From a virus (Duplodnaviria; Caudoviricetes), in IMG/VR virus record IMGVR_UViG_3300010381_000013, positions 1 through 54,006 of that record: a DNA stretch of 54,006 bases. The stretch is one strand, 5' to 3'. A program made the position numbers and the translations under genes. The notes below the pieces were generated by a model. The model was not told the DNA's origin. It did no database searches and saw only the letters and a program-made list of their open reading frames with translations. Positions 1-9,677 of the stretch are shown here, one piece after another (the stretch's first letter is position 1; each line of letters opens with the position of its first letter).

Positions 1-1500
1 TCATTGCTTGAACGAAAGGATACAGACGTCTCCGGACGCCGCAATGACATACCATGGTTCGTTATAAAAAACCTTGATACCTTCTGCAGGAGGAGGAACA
101 ATGTTGTTAGAGAGATGCAAACCATAGTCACGCAACACGTCGGAAGCGAAATAAAGATATCCAACACTCGGCTTTATCAGTTTATATAAAACAGGATACT
201 TTTTGCCGACATTGAAAAACGCTGGGGAATAACCTATTGTATTTTCATAAAATATAGAATGACATTTTGTTTTTTGCTGTACTTTTACCAACTGATAAGC
301 CAACGGGATCAATCTGTTTTTCTCCCAGTGCATTTGAGAAGCCAGAAGATTTCCGTACGTACTGGCAACAATTATCATCTGCAAAGAAGCATATATTGTT
401 ACCGCATGAAATGTTTTTCTGTAAAACCTTTTATTTTTTAGAAGCAACAATGGATCAAGCAGAATAAAGGCGAATGCCACCCCGACAGTAAGAAATGTTC
501 TTGGCGCGTAAACTGGATTGATCAAAAAAAGTTGTATAAAAAAAGGTGCAATGGTAAGAAAAGAAAGCATGATAATAAATGCGATACTCTTGAGCACTCC
601 ATTCACAATATTGTTTTTGAGAAAAATTTTTCTTATAGACACAATGACCATCACGTAAACATTCACAATTAAAACATATTCAAAAATGGACTTATTCCAA
701 TCTGACATCAAGTAGTGATAATATACGCCACTATTTCTAATAAGAATCTGAAGGCGACTCAAGTCACCGCCAGACATTGCGGAATGGCTTTTCCCCCACT
801 GTGAAGTAACAGGGAAAAAGTACTTTATTTCGACAAAATACGTCGCAAGCGCAGCCAAAGCTCCAAGCGCAAGAAGGAATTGACCACGTTTATAAAATCG
901 ACTTTCCTCATCTCCTCTCAGACATACCAACAGACCATAAACAAAAATACAAAGGAACACTCCAAAAGAAGGTTGATATGTATTCAACGCCAAAAGCACT
1001 GCCGCAAATGCTACCCAAAATACAAACTGTATGCTCTCAACTGATCGCAAGACGACAAAAGGCATAACCAGAATAAAAACAGAAATTGCCGTCCACAACG
1101 AACCGAATCTATAGGATAGATTTTCAAGAATATACGGCGACAGACAAACCGGCGTAAAACAAAGAATATGCAAAAAATTTCCGTCTTTCTTAAAGCAATA
1201 CAGAAGCGACAGGCCTGCTAATGACAATACAAATATCGCTGCAACTTGAAGAAAAGGAGAAGAGTCTGTCTGCATTCCAAAAAAATACACCTTTGCCAAT
1301 AGATGTGAAAACAATCTACCGGATTGTTCCCATTCTTCAGTATTATTTAATACAGTTACAACATCATCTCTATACGTATAATTTGCACGCAACACAGCTG
1401 AAAACGCCAACAGGTTAAGAACAAAAAAAAGAATAAAAATGCCTTTTTTTGACATCACCCAGGCAATGAAATCATTCTTCTCACTATACGCCACCGTCAT
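1..1500 (-). CDS. GtrII-like polytopic membrane glycosyltransferase (host side of the tRNA, AT-rich)
   Basis: 499 aa with about 10 hydrophobic segments; early YRDD acidic motif, LENLSYRF and NTYQ motifs as in GtrII-type glucosyltransferases; visibly AT-rich. Confidence 0.65.
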   Translation of the reverse strand: MTVAYSEKNDFIAWVMSKKGIFILFFVLNLLAFSAVLRANYTYRDDVVTVLNNTEEWEQSGRLFSHLLAKVYFFGMQTDSSPFLQVAAIFVLSLAGLSLLYCFKKDGNFLHILCFTPVCLSPYILENLSYRFGSLWTAISVFILVMPFVVLRSVESIQFVFWVAFAAVLLALNTYQPSFGVFLCIFVYGLLVCLRGDEESRFYKRGQFLLALGALAALATYFVEIKYFFPVTSQWGKSHSAMSGGDLSRLQILIRNSGVYYHYLMSDWNKSIFEYVLIVNVYVMVIVSIRKIFLKNNIVNGVLKSIAFIIMLSFLTIAPFFIQLFLINPVYAPRTFLTVGVAFAFILLDPLLLLKNKRFYRKTFHAVTIYASLQMIIVASTYGNLLASQMHWEKNRLIPLAYQLVKVQQKTKCHSIFYENTIGYSPAFFNVGKKYPVLYKLIKPSVGYLYFASDVLRDYGLHLSNNIVPPPAEGIKVFYNEPWYVIAASGDVCILSFKQ

Positions 1501-1827
1501 ACCGCAACACCTTTGTCCAACTATAACTCAGCATATAACAAAAGAAACTACACCGATGTCGACTCTCTTTGCCGCACCGAAATCCATGTGCCCTATCCTT
1601 CAAAGCATGCCCGCTCCAAAGCGCATTTGTCCAGTCGAATCAGCGCCTTTCGCGCGACGGAATCGAAAGGCATGCTTGAAAAGACCGGATACCCACCACA
1701 AAAGCCCGTGTGCACTTTGCCCGACCGGCAATCCTGCCGCCAGCCGCACTTCCGGCATCACGACCCGGTCTTGATTATTGTGTCCTTGGCCCTGATCGCG
1801 TAAGAGATTTTGCCCGCGTTGGCCCGT

Positions 1828-1912
1828 GCGAGAGTGGCGGAATCGGGAGACGCACCAGACTTAGGATCTGGCGCCGCAAGGCATAGGGGTTCGAACCCCC
1901 TCTCTCGCACCA
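1828..1912 (+). tRNA. tRNA-Leu (anticodon TAG), likely prophage integration target
   Basis: GCGAGAG/CTCTCGC acceptor stem, CCAGA-CTTAGGA-TCTGG anticodon arm, long variable arm, GGTTCGAACCC T-arm, encoded CCA end. Confidence 0.96.
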
Positions 1913-1947
1913 TAGCTGATTTCATTGTTTTTTCTTGTGATTATATC

Positions 1948-2086
1948 AATGTCACCCGCCGGGGAGACTATGTTCCTCGGCTGATTGATCCCCCACTAGT
2001 CCCCCACTCTGTGGACGGGACGTCCCCCCGCGCCCCCCATCGAGAATGCGCGCCGCGTAGACGCTACCATCCTGCGGAGTCCCCCG
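1948..2086. repeat. Cluster of GTC(C/T/A)CCC motifs, candidate integrase arm-type sites next to the att core
   Basis: TGTCACCC, inverted GGGGAGACTA (1961-1970), TAGTCCCCC, CGTCCCCCC and AGTCCCCC within 140 bp just inside the tRNA. Confidence 0.4.
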
Positions 2087-2236
2087 TCTGCTATCGCGGG
2101 TCCTTCCCAAGTCTCGGATGTCAGGGGTCCTTAACGCCCCGGCACGCGGCAACCTGGGATGGAAAAAATCCCGTGGAAAAATGGAATTTTCTCGCGTGTG
2201 TCATTCCTCGGCTGACGCGTAACACGGTGTGTCGCC

Positions 2237-3958
2237 ATGGGCGATAAAGACCCGTCGCTCACCGATCCCGCCGCCATCCGCGAACAGGTTCGAGCGGCCG
2301 TGTCCGTCGAGGCGTCCTATCGTCCGGTCGACCCCGAGCCATCGGACGTCGCTCCCGACGAGACAGAGATCGCTCCGGGCATCACCGTCTCCGATGTCGA
2401 GGATGCGTTTCGCTGGAAGAACGTCGGTGACGCAGCCATCGCCATCAAGCTCCTGCGTGGCAAGATTTGCTACGACGCCGTGGCGGACAAGCCCTACCGT
2501 TTCAACTGCACGCACTGGCTGCGCGACAAAAACGCCAATTGGCGCAAGGCCTTGTTCGGTGTCGCCGATATCTACGCCATCCGGGCCAGGCATTATCTGG
2601 AGCAGGCCAAAACCGTCGAGGAAGAGTGCAATGCCGCGCCGAAGGACGAGCAAAAGTCGCTCAAGCCGTTGGTGAAAAAGGCCCAAAAGATCGCCGAAGC
2701 CTGGATCAAGCGCGTCAATTCTTGCCGCGACACGACCTACGTCCGAAAAATTTGGGAAGCCGCCACCTCCGGGGATGGCTCCCTGTCCATCTCCGGCGAC
2801 GAGTGGAACCAGCGTTTGACGCTCCTGCCCTGCAAGAACTGTGTGGTCGATCTGGAAAAGGGCAAACCCATCGACACGGACCCGTTCCAGTATTTCAACA
2901 AGGCGGCCATCGCGCCGTTCGTCGACCTTCACGCCGAAGCGCCATTTTTCATGGACACCATCTCCAAGGCGCTGTGCCGCGATAAGCAACTCATCGACTA
3001 CTTTGACTACATGGTCGGGTTCGCGGCCACCGGCCTGCAAACGAAGGACTTTTTTTGCGCCTACGGTCCCAAGGGCGACAACGCCAAGTCGGTCGTTTTC
3101 GAGTGGCTGCGCAAGGTGCTGGGGGACTTCGCCGGCACGATCAAGGTCGAGACAATCCTCGACGAGAAGTTCATGCGCTCGGCCGACGGGCCGTCGCCGT
3201 CCATGCTCAAGCTGCGCGGCCTGCGCATGGCCGTGACCTCGGAAGCGGACAAGAAGCACCAGTTCGCCATGGCCAAGATCAAGTCCATCTGCTCCGGTGG
3301 CGACCGCCTCGAGGCGCGCGGCATCAACGCCGTGGACATCATCGAGTTCAACCCCGAGCTCACGCTCATCATGCACAGCAACCACATCCCCAAGGCCTCG
3401 GGCAACGACGACGCTTTTTACAAGCGCATCAAAGTCATTCCCTTCCGGGCCAAGTTCATCGCCGAGAAGGACGGCCCCGAGGACCCGGAGCACCACATCT
3501 ACCACGCCAAGTCCCGGTCCCGCGTCGTCGACCCGACGCTGACCAGGGAGATGCCCGGCATCATGGCCTACATCGTGCGTTGCGCCGTCAAGGCGCTCAA
3601 GGCCGGCGACATGCCGCCGGCTCCTCCGGCCGTGCTCATCGAAACGGACCAGTACCGCACCGACCAGGACCTTGTCGGCCAGTTCCTGCGCGAATGCACG
3701 GACCCTGATTCCAACAACCAGGAGCAGATGAAGGACATCTACTTTGCCTTCCGCAAGTGGTGCGCCGAGGAGCAGATGATGCCGGCCAAAGCCATCTGGT
3801 CCCAAAACGCCTTGGGCAAGGATCTGAAGCAGCGCAACGAACTGGAACGCATCCCGAGCAACGTGACCTATTACAAAGGGTTACGCATCAAGTCACAGTG
3901 GCGGAAGCAGGAAGGCGACATCAATGACCAGGAGGCGCATGACCTCGGGTTCCTCTAG
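2237..3958 (+). CDS. P4-family/D5-like SF3 helicase (D5_N + ATPase + C-terminal winged helix)
   Basis: LPCKNCVVDL D5_N motif; GPKGDNAKS Walker A variant; AVTSE Walker B; GGDRLEAR; SNHIP; YKRIKVIPF. Confidence 0.88.
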   Translation: MGDKDPSLTDPAAIREQVRAAVSVEASYRPVDPEPSDVAPDETEIAPGITVSDVEDAFRWKNVGDAAIAIKLLRGKICYDAVADKPYRFNCTHWLRDKNANWRKALFGVADIYAIRARHYLEQAKTVEEECNAAPKDEQKSLKPLVKKAQKIAEAWIKRVNSCRDTTYVRKIWEAATSGDGSLSISGDEWNQRLTLLPCKNCVVDLEKGKPIDTDPFQYFNKAAIAPFVDLHAEAPFFMDTISKALCRDKQLIDYFDYMVGFAATGLQTKDFFCAYGPKGDNAKSVVFEWLRKVLGDFAGTIKVETILDEKFMRSADGPSPSMLKLRGLRMAVTSEADKKHQFAMAKIKSICSGGDRLEARGINAVDIIEFNPELTLIMHSNHIPKASGNDDAFYKRIKVIPFRAKFIAEKDGPEDPEHHIYHAKSRSRVVDPTLTREMPGIMAYIVRCAVKALKAGDMPPAPPAVLIETDQYRTDQDLVGQFLRECTDPDSNNQEQMKDIYFAFRKWCAEEQMMPAKAIWSQNALGKDLKQRNELERIPSNVTYYKGLRIKSQWRKQEGDINDQEAHDLGFL

Positions 3959-4255
3959 GCCTTTTTAGCCCTTTTTAGACCTTCGACGAGCAAAGGGCTA
4001 AAGCAGAATTCTTAATAAAAACAAACAACTTACTATTATAAAATAGCATCTATTTAGGCCTTTAGGCCTTTTAAGGCGCAAGCGCATGGGAAAGTTTTTT
4101 TGAGGGTGGGGGTGGAAAAAGCATTTTCTCCATGGGGAGGATACGGGTGAAAAAGGTCTAGAAGGCCTAAATGAGCTCATAACTGTATAAAAAAATTAAA
4201 TATTTTATCCTGAAAAGGGCTAATTGCAAAGTCTGGAAAGGCCTAAAAAGGGCTA
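3956..4255. promoter_or_regulatory. Candidate phage replication origin: AT-rich region with TAGNCCTT(TT) iterons in both orientations
   Basis: Forward copies at 3956, 3966, 3976, 4055, 4063; inverted copies at about 3992, 4151, 4161, 4213, 4237, 4246; directly downstream of the helicase. Confidence 0.7.
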
Positions 4256-4269
4256 ATGGAGAGGATTTG

Positions 4270-5052
4270 ATGAACGCGATGCAACCTTTCTTTTTCGATG
4301 GCCGGCAAGTCCGGGTTGTCTTGGGTGAGAAGGGTGAACCCTGGTTTGTGGCCAAAGATGTTTGTGGGGTCCTCGGGTTTGAGAACCATAAGGATGCAGC
4401 CCGCCGCCTTGATGAAGACGAAAGGGGGGTAGCCACTACCGACCCCCTGTCCCGTGGAGGTTCGCAGCAGGTTACCACTGTATCCGAATCCGGTCTTTAC
4501 GCCCTGATCTTCACCAGCCGCAAACCGGAAGCGAAAGCCTTCAGGAGATGGGTGACCGGCACCGTGTTACCGGCTGTCCGGCGAACGGGTCGGTTCGAGA
4601 TGCCGCGCCCGGACATGCCCCCGTTGCCCGCCTCTTTGCGCCGTTTGCCTCCTGCCGTGCGTCGCACCATCCTGCACGGTGCGATCCAGGCCGCCAATCT
4701 CGGCAACCTTGGGTCCACGGACGTTTACTTTCACTATGGCCGGATGGCTGAGCTTCTTGCCGCTGGGACGGCCGACCGGGCACATGCGGGCGAGGCCTAT
4801 ATGGCCGTCTGGGCTGATGAACAATTCCGGGCCTGGGCTGGGCGATGCCTGCGATATAATCCCGGATACCGTATCCAGGCAAAGAGCTTGTGGCGTTCAT
4901 TTTGCCAATGGTCCGAGTCGGAAAGTATCGGCACGCGGCCTTCCTGGCATATGTTCGGACGTTGGCTTCGGGCTCGTTACGACCATCATGATTCCAATAA
5001 AACCTATTATTTCAACATAGAAGCCATCCCGTTGAGGGCTCAGGCGGAATAG
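4270..5052 (+). CDS. BRO-N domain protein (antirepressor-like) with C-terminal D5-type winged-helix-like domain
   Basis: GEPWFVAKDVCGVLG, VSESGLYALIFTSRKPEAKAFRRWV; GGAGAGG RBS. Confidence 0.85.
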   Translation: MNAMQPFFFDGRQVRVVLGEKGEPWFVAKDVCGVLGFENHKDAARRLDEDERGVATTDPLSRGGSQQVTTVSESGLYALIFTSRKPEAKAFRRWVTGTVLPAVRRTGRFEMPRPDMPPLPASLRRLPPAVRRTILHGAIQAANLGNLGSTDVYFHYGRMAELLAAGTADRAHAGEAYMAVWADEQFRAWAGRCLRYNPGYRIQAKSLWRSFCQWSESESIGTRPSWHMFGRWLRARYDHHDSNKTYYFNIEAIPLRAQAE

Positions 5053-5089
5053 ACGGAAACGCGAAGCCAATCGAAAAGGAGACGGTTTC

Positions 5090-6721
5090 ATGGGTGTGGC
5101 GCTCGAATGGTTCAGTGAAGACGACCGTCGGAGCATCGCCAAAACGCTGTTGACGTCGGTGGACGAACGCAACGGCAAGGTCTGGGCGGCCTGCCCGTTC
5201 CATGCCGAGCAATCCGTCGGCGGCGCGTTCCGCTACGACCCGGAAAAGGATCGCGGCACCTGCTACTCGTGCCGCGCTTCCGAGGACCTTGTCGGCATTT
5301 TCTGCGCCGTCTCCGGTTTCCCCCAGAACGCCCCCGAGGGATTTCAGGCTTTCCGGGACAGGTTCGCCCCCGGCCGGGAACTGCATCATGAGAACCGCCC
5401 CGTGCCCTCGGACTCGGAATCAAAACCGGCCCCGCGCGTCTGGACGCCGAGCGCCGTGGACCTCCCGGATGCCTTGTGGTCCAAAAAAGCCGACGCATTC
5501 GTGCGCCAGTGCGCCGAACGTTTGATGTCCAGTCCGTCCCGTCTCGACCAGCTCGCCGCATGGGGCATCGACCGGGACACGGCCGCCAAGTGCCGGATGG
5601 GCTGGAACGACAAGGACCGATACCCGCTTCGCACGTCCTGGGGGCTTCCCTTCGAGCGCAACAAGCGCGGCAAGGAAAAACCGCTCTGGCTCCCCGAAGG
5701 GCTGGTGCTCCCTTTCTACGCCGAGGGCCGCGCCGCGCGCCTCAAGATCCGGCGTCCGCATCCCGAGCGTGGCCCGGAAGCCTGCCGCAAGATCAAGTAT
5801 TACAAGGTCCCCGGCGGCTGCGAACGCATGTTCGTCTACGGCCGGGCCACCTGCCGGGCCTGGGTCGTGGTCGAAGCCGAACGCGACGCGGCCATGATCT
5901 GGGGCAAGGTCCGCGACCTCGGCGTTGGCGCCATCGGCACCGGATCGGCTTCCAATCGCCCCGACGCCGCGACAGATGCCATCCTGACCCGGGCCGACAT
6001 CATCCTGGTCGCCCTTGATTTCGACCATGCCGGCGCGGCAGCCTGGGACTGGCGGCTGTTCGTGCCGAAAAAACCCGATGACCAGCCACGTCCGGCCTGG
6101 TGCTGGTCCGAGGCCTACCCGCTGGCCGTGCGCTGGCCGGCCCCACCCGAAGCCGGCAAGGACGTCGGCGACGCGGTAGGGCCCGGCCTCGACGTCCGGG
6201 CCTGGGTGGTGGCCGGACTTCCCCAGCACGTGCGCCAAAGCATTTGCGACGCTTCGCGCCGTCGCCTGCGGCAAGCCGTTGCCGATGCCCGTGACCAGGC
6301 CGCCTCCGAGCCGGTCCCCGAGCAGACCGTGGCCGGGGAGCCGCTTCCCGTGGCCACGTCGGAACCATTTCCCGACATTCCTGGTCTGGATTTCCGCGAC
6401 CCGGACCTTGCCGACCTGTGGAATCTGCTGCCGCCTGATTACCCCGGGAAACGCGCCTACTTTAGCCTTTTAGGCATGTTTTCTCTTTATCCGGCACGGG
6501 GGGGGCGCGTGAGAAATAGGGGTGACGGGCCGGAGTTGGACGGCGTGGCGTTGTGGATCGACGAGTCGTGGCGACGTTCGAACCCCGACCTCGCGCGACA
6601 AATTTCGAAGTTGTTTTGGGGGGAGGCGTGGTCGTGCTGGCGGGATTGGAGCTGGAACGACGCCCCGGTCGAAATCAGAGACGAAGAGAGAAAGGTACGC
6701 GCCTGCGGCGCGGCGAAATAA
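5090..6721 (+). CDS. DnaG-like phage primase (CHC2 zinc finger + TOPRIM)
   Basis: CPFH...CYSC zinc finger; VVVEAERDA and ALDFDHAG (DxD) TOPRIM motifs. Confidence 0.82.
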   Translation: MGVALEWFSEDDRRSIAKTLLTSVDERNGKVWAACPFHAEQSVGGAFRYDPEKDRGTCYSCRASEDLVGIFCAVSGFPQNAPEGFQAFRDRFAPGRELHHENRPVPSDSESKPAPRVWTPSAVDLPDALWSKKADAFVRQCAERLMSSPSRLDQLAAWGIDRDTAAKCRMGWNDKDRYPLRTSWGLPFERNKRGKEKPLWLPEGLVLPFYAEGRAARLKIRRPHPERGPEACRKIKYYKVPGGCERMFVYGRATCRAWVVVEAERDAAMIWGKVRDLGVGAIGTGSASNRPDAATDAILTRADIILVALDFDHAGAAAWDWRLFVPKKPDDQPRPAWCWSEAYPLAVRWPAPPEAGKDVGDAVGPGLDVRAWVVAGLPQHVRQSICDASRRRLRQAVADARDQAASEPVPEQTVAGEPLPVATSEPFPDIPGLDFRDPDLADLWNLLPPDYPGKRAYFSLLGMFSLYPARGGRVRNRGDGPELDGVALWIDESWRRSNPDLARQISKLFWGEAWSCWRDWSWNDAPVEIRDEERKVRACGAAK

Positions 6722-6737
6722 AGGAGGCAAGAGCATC

Positions 6738-7478
6738 ATGAGCACCGAAAAGACAGAAACGGAATCCCTGGATTCCTTGGCCAGGGAACTTTTCGGCGAC
6801 GCCGCCACCTTTCGCGTGGCGGACCCGGCCACGATCCGGCTGCGCAAGGAGAACGCCCGGTACTTCAAGAAGGACGTGTTCAAGCAGCTCGTGGACAACG
6901 TCAAATCCGACGGCATGTTGTCGTCCATGCCGCTGTGCTACGAGCCGGAGCCGGGAGTGCTCGAGGTTCTGTCCGGCAACCATCGGGTCAAGGCCGCGGT
7001 TGCCGCCGGCATCCCGCGTGTGCTGGTCATGGTGCTACTCGGCGAGTTGAGCGAATCCCGTCTCACCTCAATCCAGTTGTCCCACAACGCTCTGGTCGGC
7101 CTGGATGACCCGCAAGTCCTGGCCTCGCTGTGGTCGAAAATCCGGGAAACCCAGGACAGGCTGTACGCCGGCCTTTCGAGCGACGCCCTTGGCGAGATGG
7201 AAAAGGTCAAGCTGGTTACCTTCTCGACGCCGAGCCTGGCGACACGCACCATGACCTTCGCCTTCGTGGACACGGACGCCGCCCGTGTGGCCGAAGTCCT
7301 TGACGCCCTCGCGGCGCTGCCGAAATCGGCCACGGTCCACGCCGCGCCCATGGAGATGTTCGACACGTTTTTCGCCTCGCTGCAACAGGCCAAAATCAAG
7401 GCGGACGTCAAAAACTCGGCCTTGGCCTTGTCCCGCCTCATCGAATTCGCGGCCAGGGCCATGGAGGATGCGGCATGA
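6738..7478 (+). CDS. ParB/Srx N-terminal domain protein
   Basis: KENAR...QLVDNVKSDG...EVLSGNHRVKAA ParB motif; AAGGAGG RBS before the ATG at 6738. Confidence 0.8.
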   Translation: MSTEKTETESLDSLARELFGDAATFRVADPATIRLRKENARYFKKDVFKQLVDNVKSDGMLSSMPLCYEPEPGVLEVLSGNHRVKAAVAAGIPRVLVMVLLGELSESRLTSIQLSHNALVGLDDPQVLASLWSKIRETQDRLYAGLSSDALGEMEKVKLVTFSTPSLATRTMTFAFVDTDAARVAEVLDALAALPKSATVHAAPMEMFDTFFASLQQAKIKADVKNSALALSRLIEFAARAMEDAA

Positions 7479-8824
7479 GCTTCATTGGTGCTGTCGCCTC
7501 CCCTGTGAGACAGGTCCTGGCCGGCTATGCCCGCGATGTAGAAGCGCCCGTGCGCATCATCGGTGCTGGCAATTTCACGGTTCCGTCCGCACTTCGGGCT
7601 GGCGGATACGCCGGGGAAATCCACGCCTGCGACGTAACGCTTTATTCCTGCGCCCTTGGGGCCTACCTCGCCGGCTGGCCGCTCAAGGCGCGGGAGCGCG
7701 ACGATTGCCCGGACCAGCTCCGGGGATTCCTGCGTCCGGATTCTCCCATGGACCTTGCGGCTTCCGTGGCCTTGCTCCTCGACCTGCGGCAGGTCTGGAA
7801 AGCCCACAATCCCTATCAACTGGCTATCCTCGGGCATTACCGCCAGCGCTGGGACATCCTCCTGTCCGGGGTGCGGCAGCGTTTGGCCGCGTTTCGCGAA
7901 CAGGTTTCGACCGTAGTCTTCGAGGCCCGGGACGGCTTCGCCGTCCTGGAGGAAGCTCCTCGGGAAAGCACGGTGTTCGCCTTCCCGCCCACCTACAAAC
8001 GCGGCTACGAAAGTCTGGAAAAGCTCCTGACGGCCGCCGTTTCCTGGGACCGCCCCGACTATCGGGAAATGACGGACAAGACCCTGGAGCTCTACGAAAG
8101 CATTGCCCGCTTCGACGGCTATTTCGTGGTGCTGGAAAAGGACCTCCCCGAGGTCCGGGCCATCCTGGGCCAGCCGGTGGCGGTACTCCCCCGTGGGCGG
8201 GGCAAGACCACGACCATCCTGGCGAAAAAGGCGTCCCGCAAGGTCGTGGTTCGCCACGTCATCAAATCGGCCGACATCGGTCCCGTCTGGCCTTCGGACG
8301 AAAAGATTCCCGCCGACGCGCGCCTGACCCTCGGCGTCCTGTCTCCGCGCCAGACGATCCGCTTCAACGAGCTCTTCCTTTCCAGCCGCATCGACTATTT
8401 CGAGGGCGGCGTGGCCCTGTCCCTGGTGTTCCTCGTCAACGGCCGGGCCATCGGCAAGGCCGATTTCTGCAAGTCCAGCCAGCAATGGAAGCTCCCCGGC
8501 CCCGGAGCCATGATCTACCTCATGTCCGATCTGGCCGTCCCCAGCGCGGAACCGCGCCTGGCCAAGCTGGTTTTGCTGTCCATCCTCTCCAGGGAGGTCC
8601 GGGAGTTGGTCGACCGGAAGTTGCTCGAGCGGCACAGCTTCGTCGGCACGACCGCCTTCGCCAAAAAGCCGGTGTCCATGAAGTACCGGGGCGTTTTCAA
8701 GCTCCATTCCAGGAAGGAGAAGGAAGACGGCTTCGCCCTCAACTATCTGGGGACCTTCGCCGCCCACGACCTCGCCGGGGCGCTGGGTTTGTGGCGGAAA
8801 AAATACGCCAACGCCGCGAAATAA
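7475..8824 (+). CDS. Putative DNA adenine methyltransferase-like protein with a second, possibly GNAT/Mom-like, C-terminal domain
   Basis: IIGAGNFT motif-I-like segment, ACD at the end of strand 2, FAFPPTY resembling DPPY motif IV; translationally coupled to parB. Confidence 0.55.
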   Translation: MSFIGAVASPVRQVLAGYARDVEAPVRIIGAGNFTVPSALRAGGYAGEIHACDVTLYSCALGAYLAGWPLKARERDDCPDQLRGFLRPDSPMDLAASVALLLDLRQVWKAHNPYQLAILGHYRQRWDILLSGVRQRLAAFREQVSTVVFEARDGFAVLEEAPRESTVFAFPPTYKRGYESLEKLLTAAVSWDRPDYREMTDKTLELYESIARFDGYFVVLEKDLPEVRAILGQPVAVLPRGRGKTTTILAKKASRKVVVRHVIKSADIGPVWPSDEKIPADARLTLGVLSPRQTIRFNELFLSSRIDYFEGGVALSLVFLVNGRAIGKADFCKSSQQWKLPGPGAMIYLMSDLAVPSAEPRLAKLVLLSILSREVRELVDRKLLERHSFVGTTAFAKKPVSMKYRGVFKLHSRKEKEDGFALNYLGTFAAHDLAGALGLWRKKYANAAK

Positions 8825-8912
8825 TGGGTTTTATTGTTTACAACTCGACGAAAAATGTTAGTCTTTTCGCATGGTTACCAACAAACAACGCCAAAACGAA
8901 GGAGAAGACACC

Positions 8913-9311
8913 ATGTGGGAAGGCGCGGCAATCATCGATGCGTACACAAGGGCCCAGGCAATCGAAGACGGTGTGCTGGTGGACATGACGCAAGGCGAGC
9001 TTGGAGCGGCGGCCAGGGAAGCAGGGTTTCAGTTCCCTATCGCCATGACCGAAACGGCATTCGCCAAGTACGTGGCCTTGACCCCGGCGGCCGTCCGGGC
9101 CGGGAACGACATCAATGGCCGCTGGTGGGACATCCTGTGGATGCTCAAGCGGGAGATCAAGACGGCCAGGGGCGGGACCTCGGAGCTGCTGTTCCACTTC
9201 CATTGCGTGGTGGACCGGGTCCGACCGACGCCGAGCGTGCTCAAGTCCGTCTGCGGCCCCGGCGATCATGGTGAGCCGGTCATCACCATCATGCTCCCCG
9301 AGGAGGATTAA
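8913..9311 (+). CDS. Conserved phage/plasmid protein (DUF6573-like)
   Basis: YTRAQAIEDGVLVD N-terminus, GRWWDILWM, GPGDHGEPVITIMLPEED C-terminus; AAGGAG RBS. Confidence 0.7.
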   Translation: MWEGAAIIDAYTRAQAIEDGVLVDMTQGELGAAAREAGFQFPIAMTETAFAKYVALTPAAVRAGNDINGRWWDILWMLKREIKTARGGTSELLFHFHCVVDRVRPTPSVLKSVCGPGDHGEPVITIMLPEED

Positions 9312-9313
9312 CC

Positions 9314-9574
9314 ATGGAAGTGCAAATCCCGAAGGATCTCATCGCGGATTGCGCGGCCGTGGCCAAGGAGTGGGGTGTCCGCGACATGCCCGGCCTGGAG
9401 TCAAGGATGGGAGATATTCTCCAGGAAGCGGTGAAAAGAAGGGCGCGGTTCATCCAAGAGGTCATCGATGCGACGCCCAAGGGAAAGTTGATTCTGAAAG
9501 CTGCGGCAAGGAGTGTTTGGGTGGGCTGCAAGACCCGTGAAGCAATGTATTTCGGCCCCGCCCATTCAGCATAA
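9314..9574 (+). CDS. Hypothetical protein
   Basis: 86-aa ORF with GAGGAGG RBS, follows the previous gene. Confidence 0.6.
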   Translation: MEVQIPKDLIADCAAVAKEWGVRDMPGLESRMGDILQEAVKRRARFIQEVIDATPKGKLILKAAARSVWVGCKTREAMYFGPAHSA

Positions 9575-9596
9575 AAAAGGGCCCCTTTCGGGGCCC
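9573..9596. terminator. Intrinsic terminator-like hairpin (U-tract on the minus strand)
   Basis: AAAAAA-GGGCCCC-TTTC-GGGGCCC. Confidence 0.55.
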
Positions 9597-9677
9597 ATGA
9601 AACATGGAGGGCTAGCCTCCCGGATGTGAGAACCCGAGGCTAGCCTCTCCCCAAACCAAACGCAAGGGAGAAACGAG

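Noticed and set aside
1810-2247. 145-aa ORF across the tRNA
   Set aside because: Overlaps tRNA-Leu and the att region; composition is not protein-like
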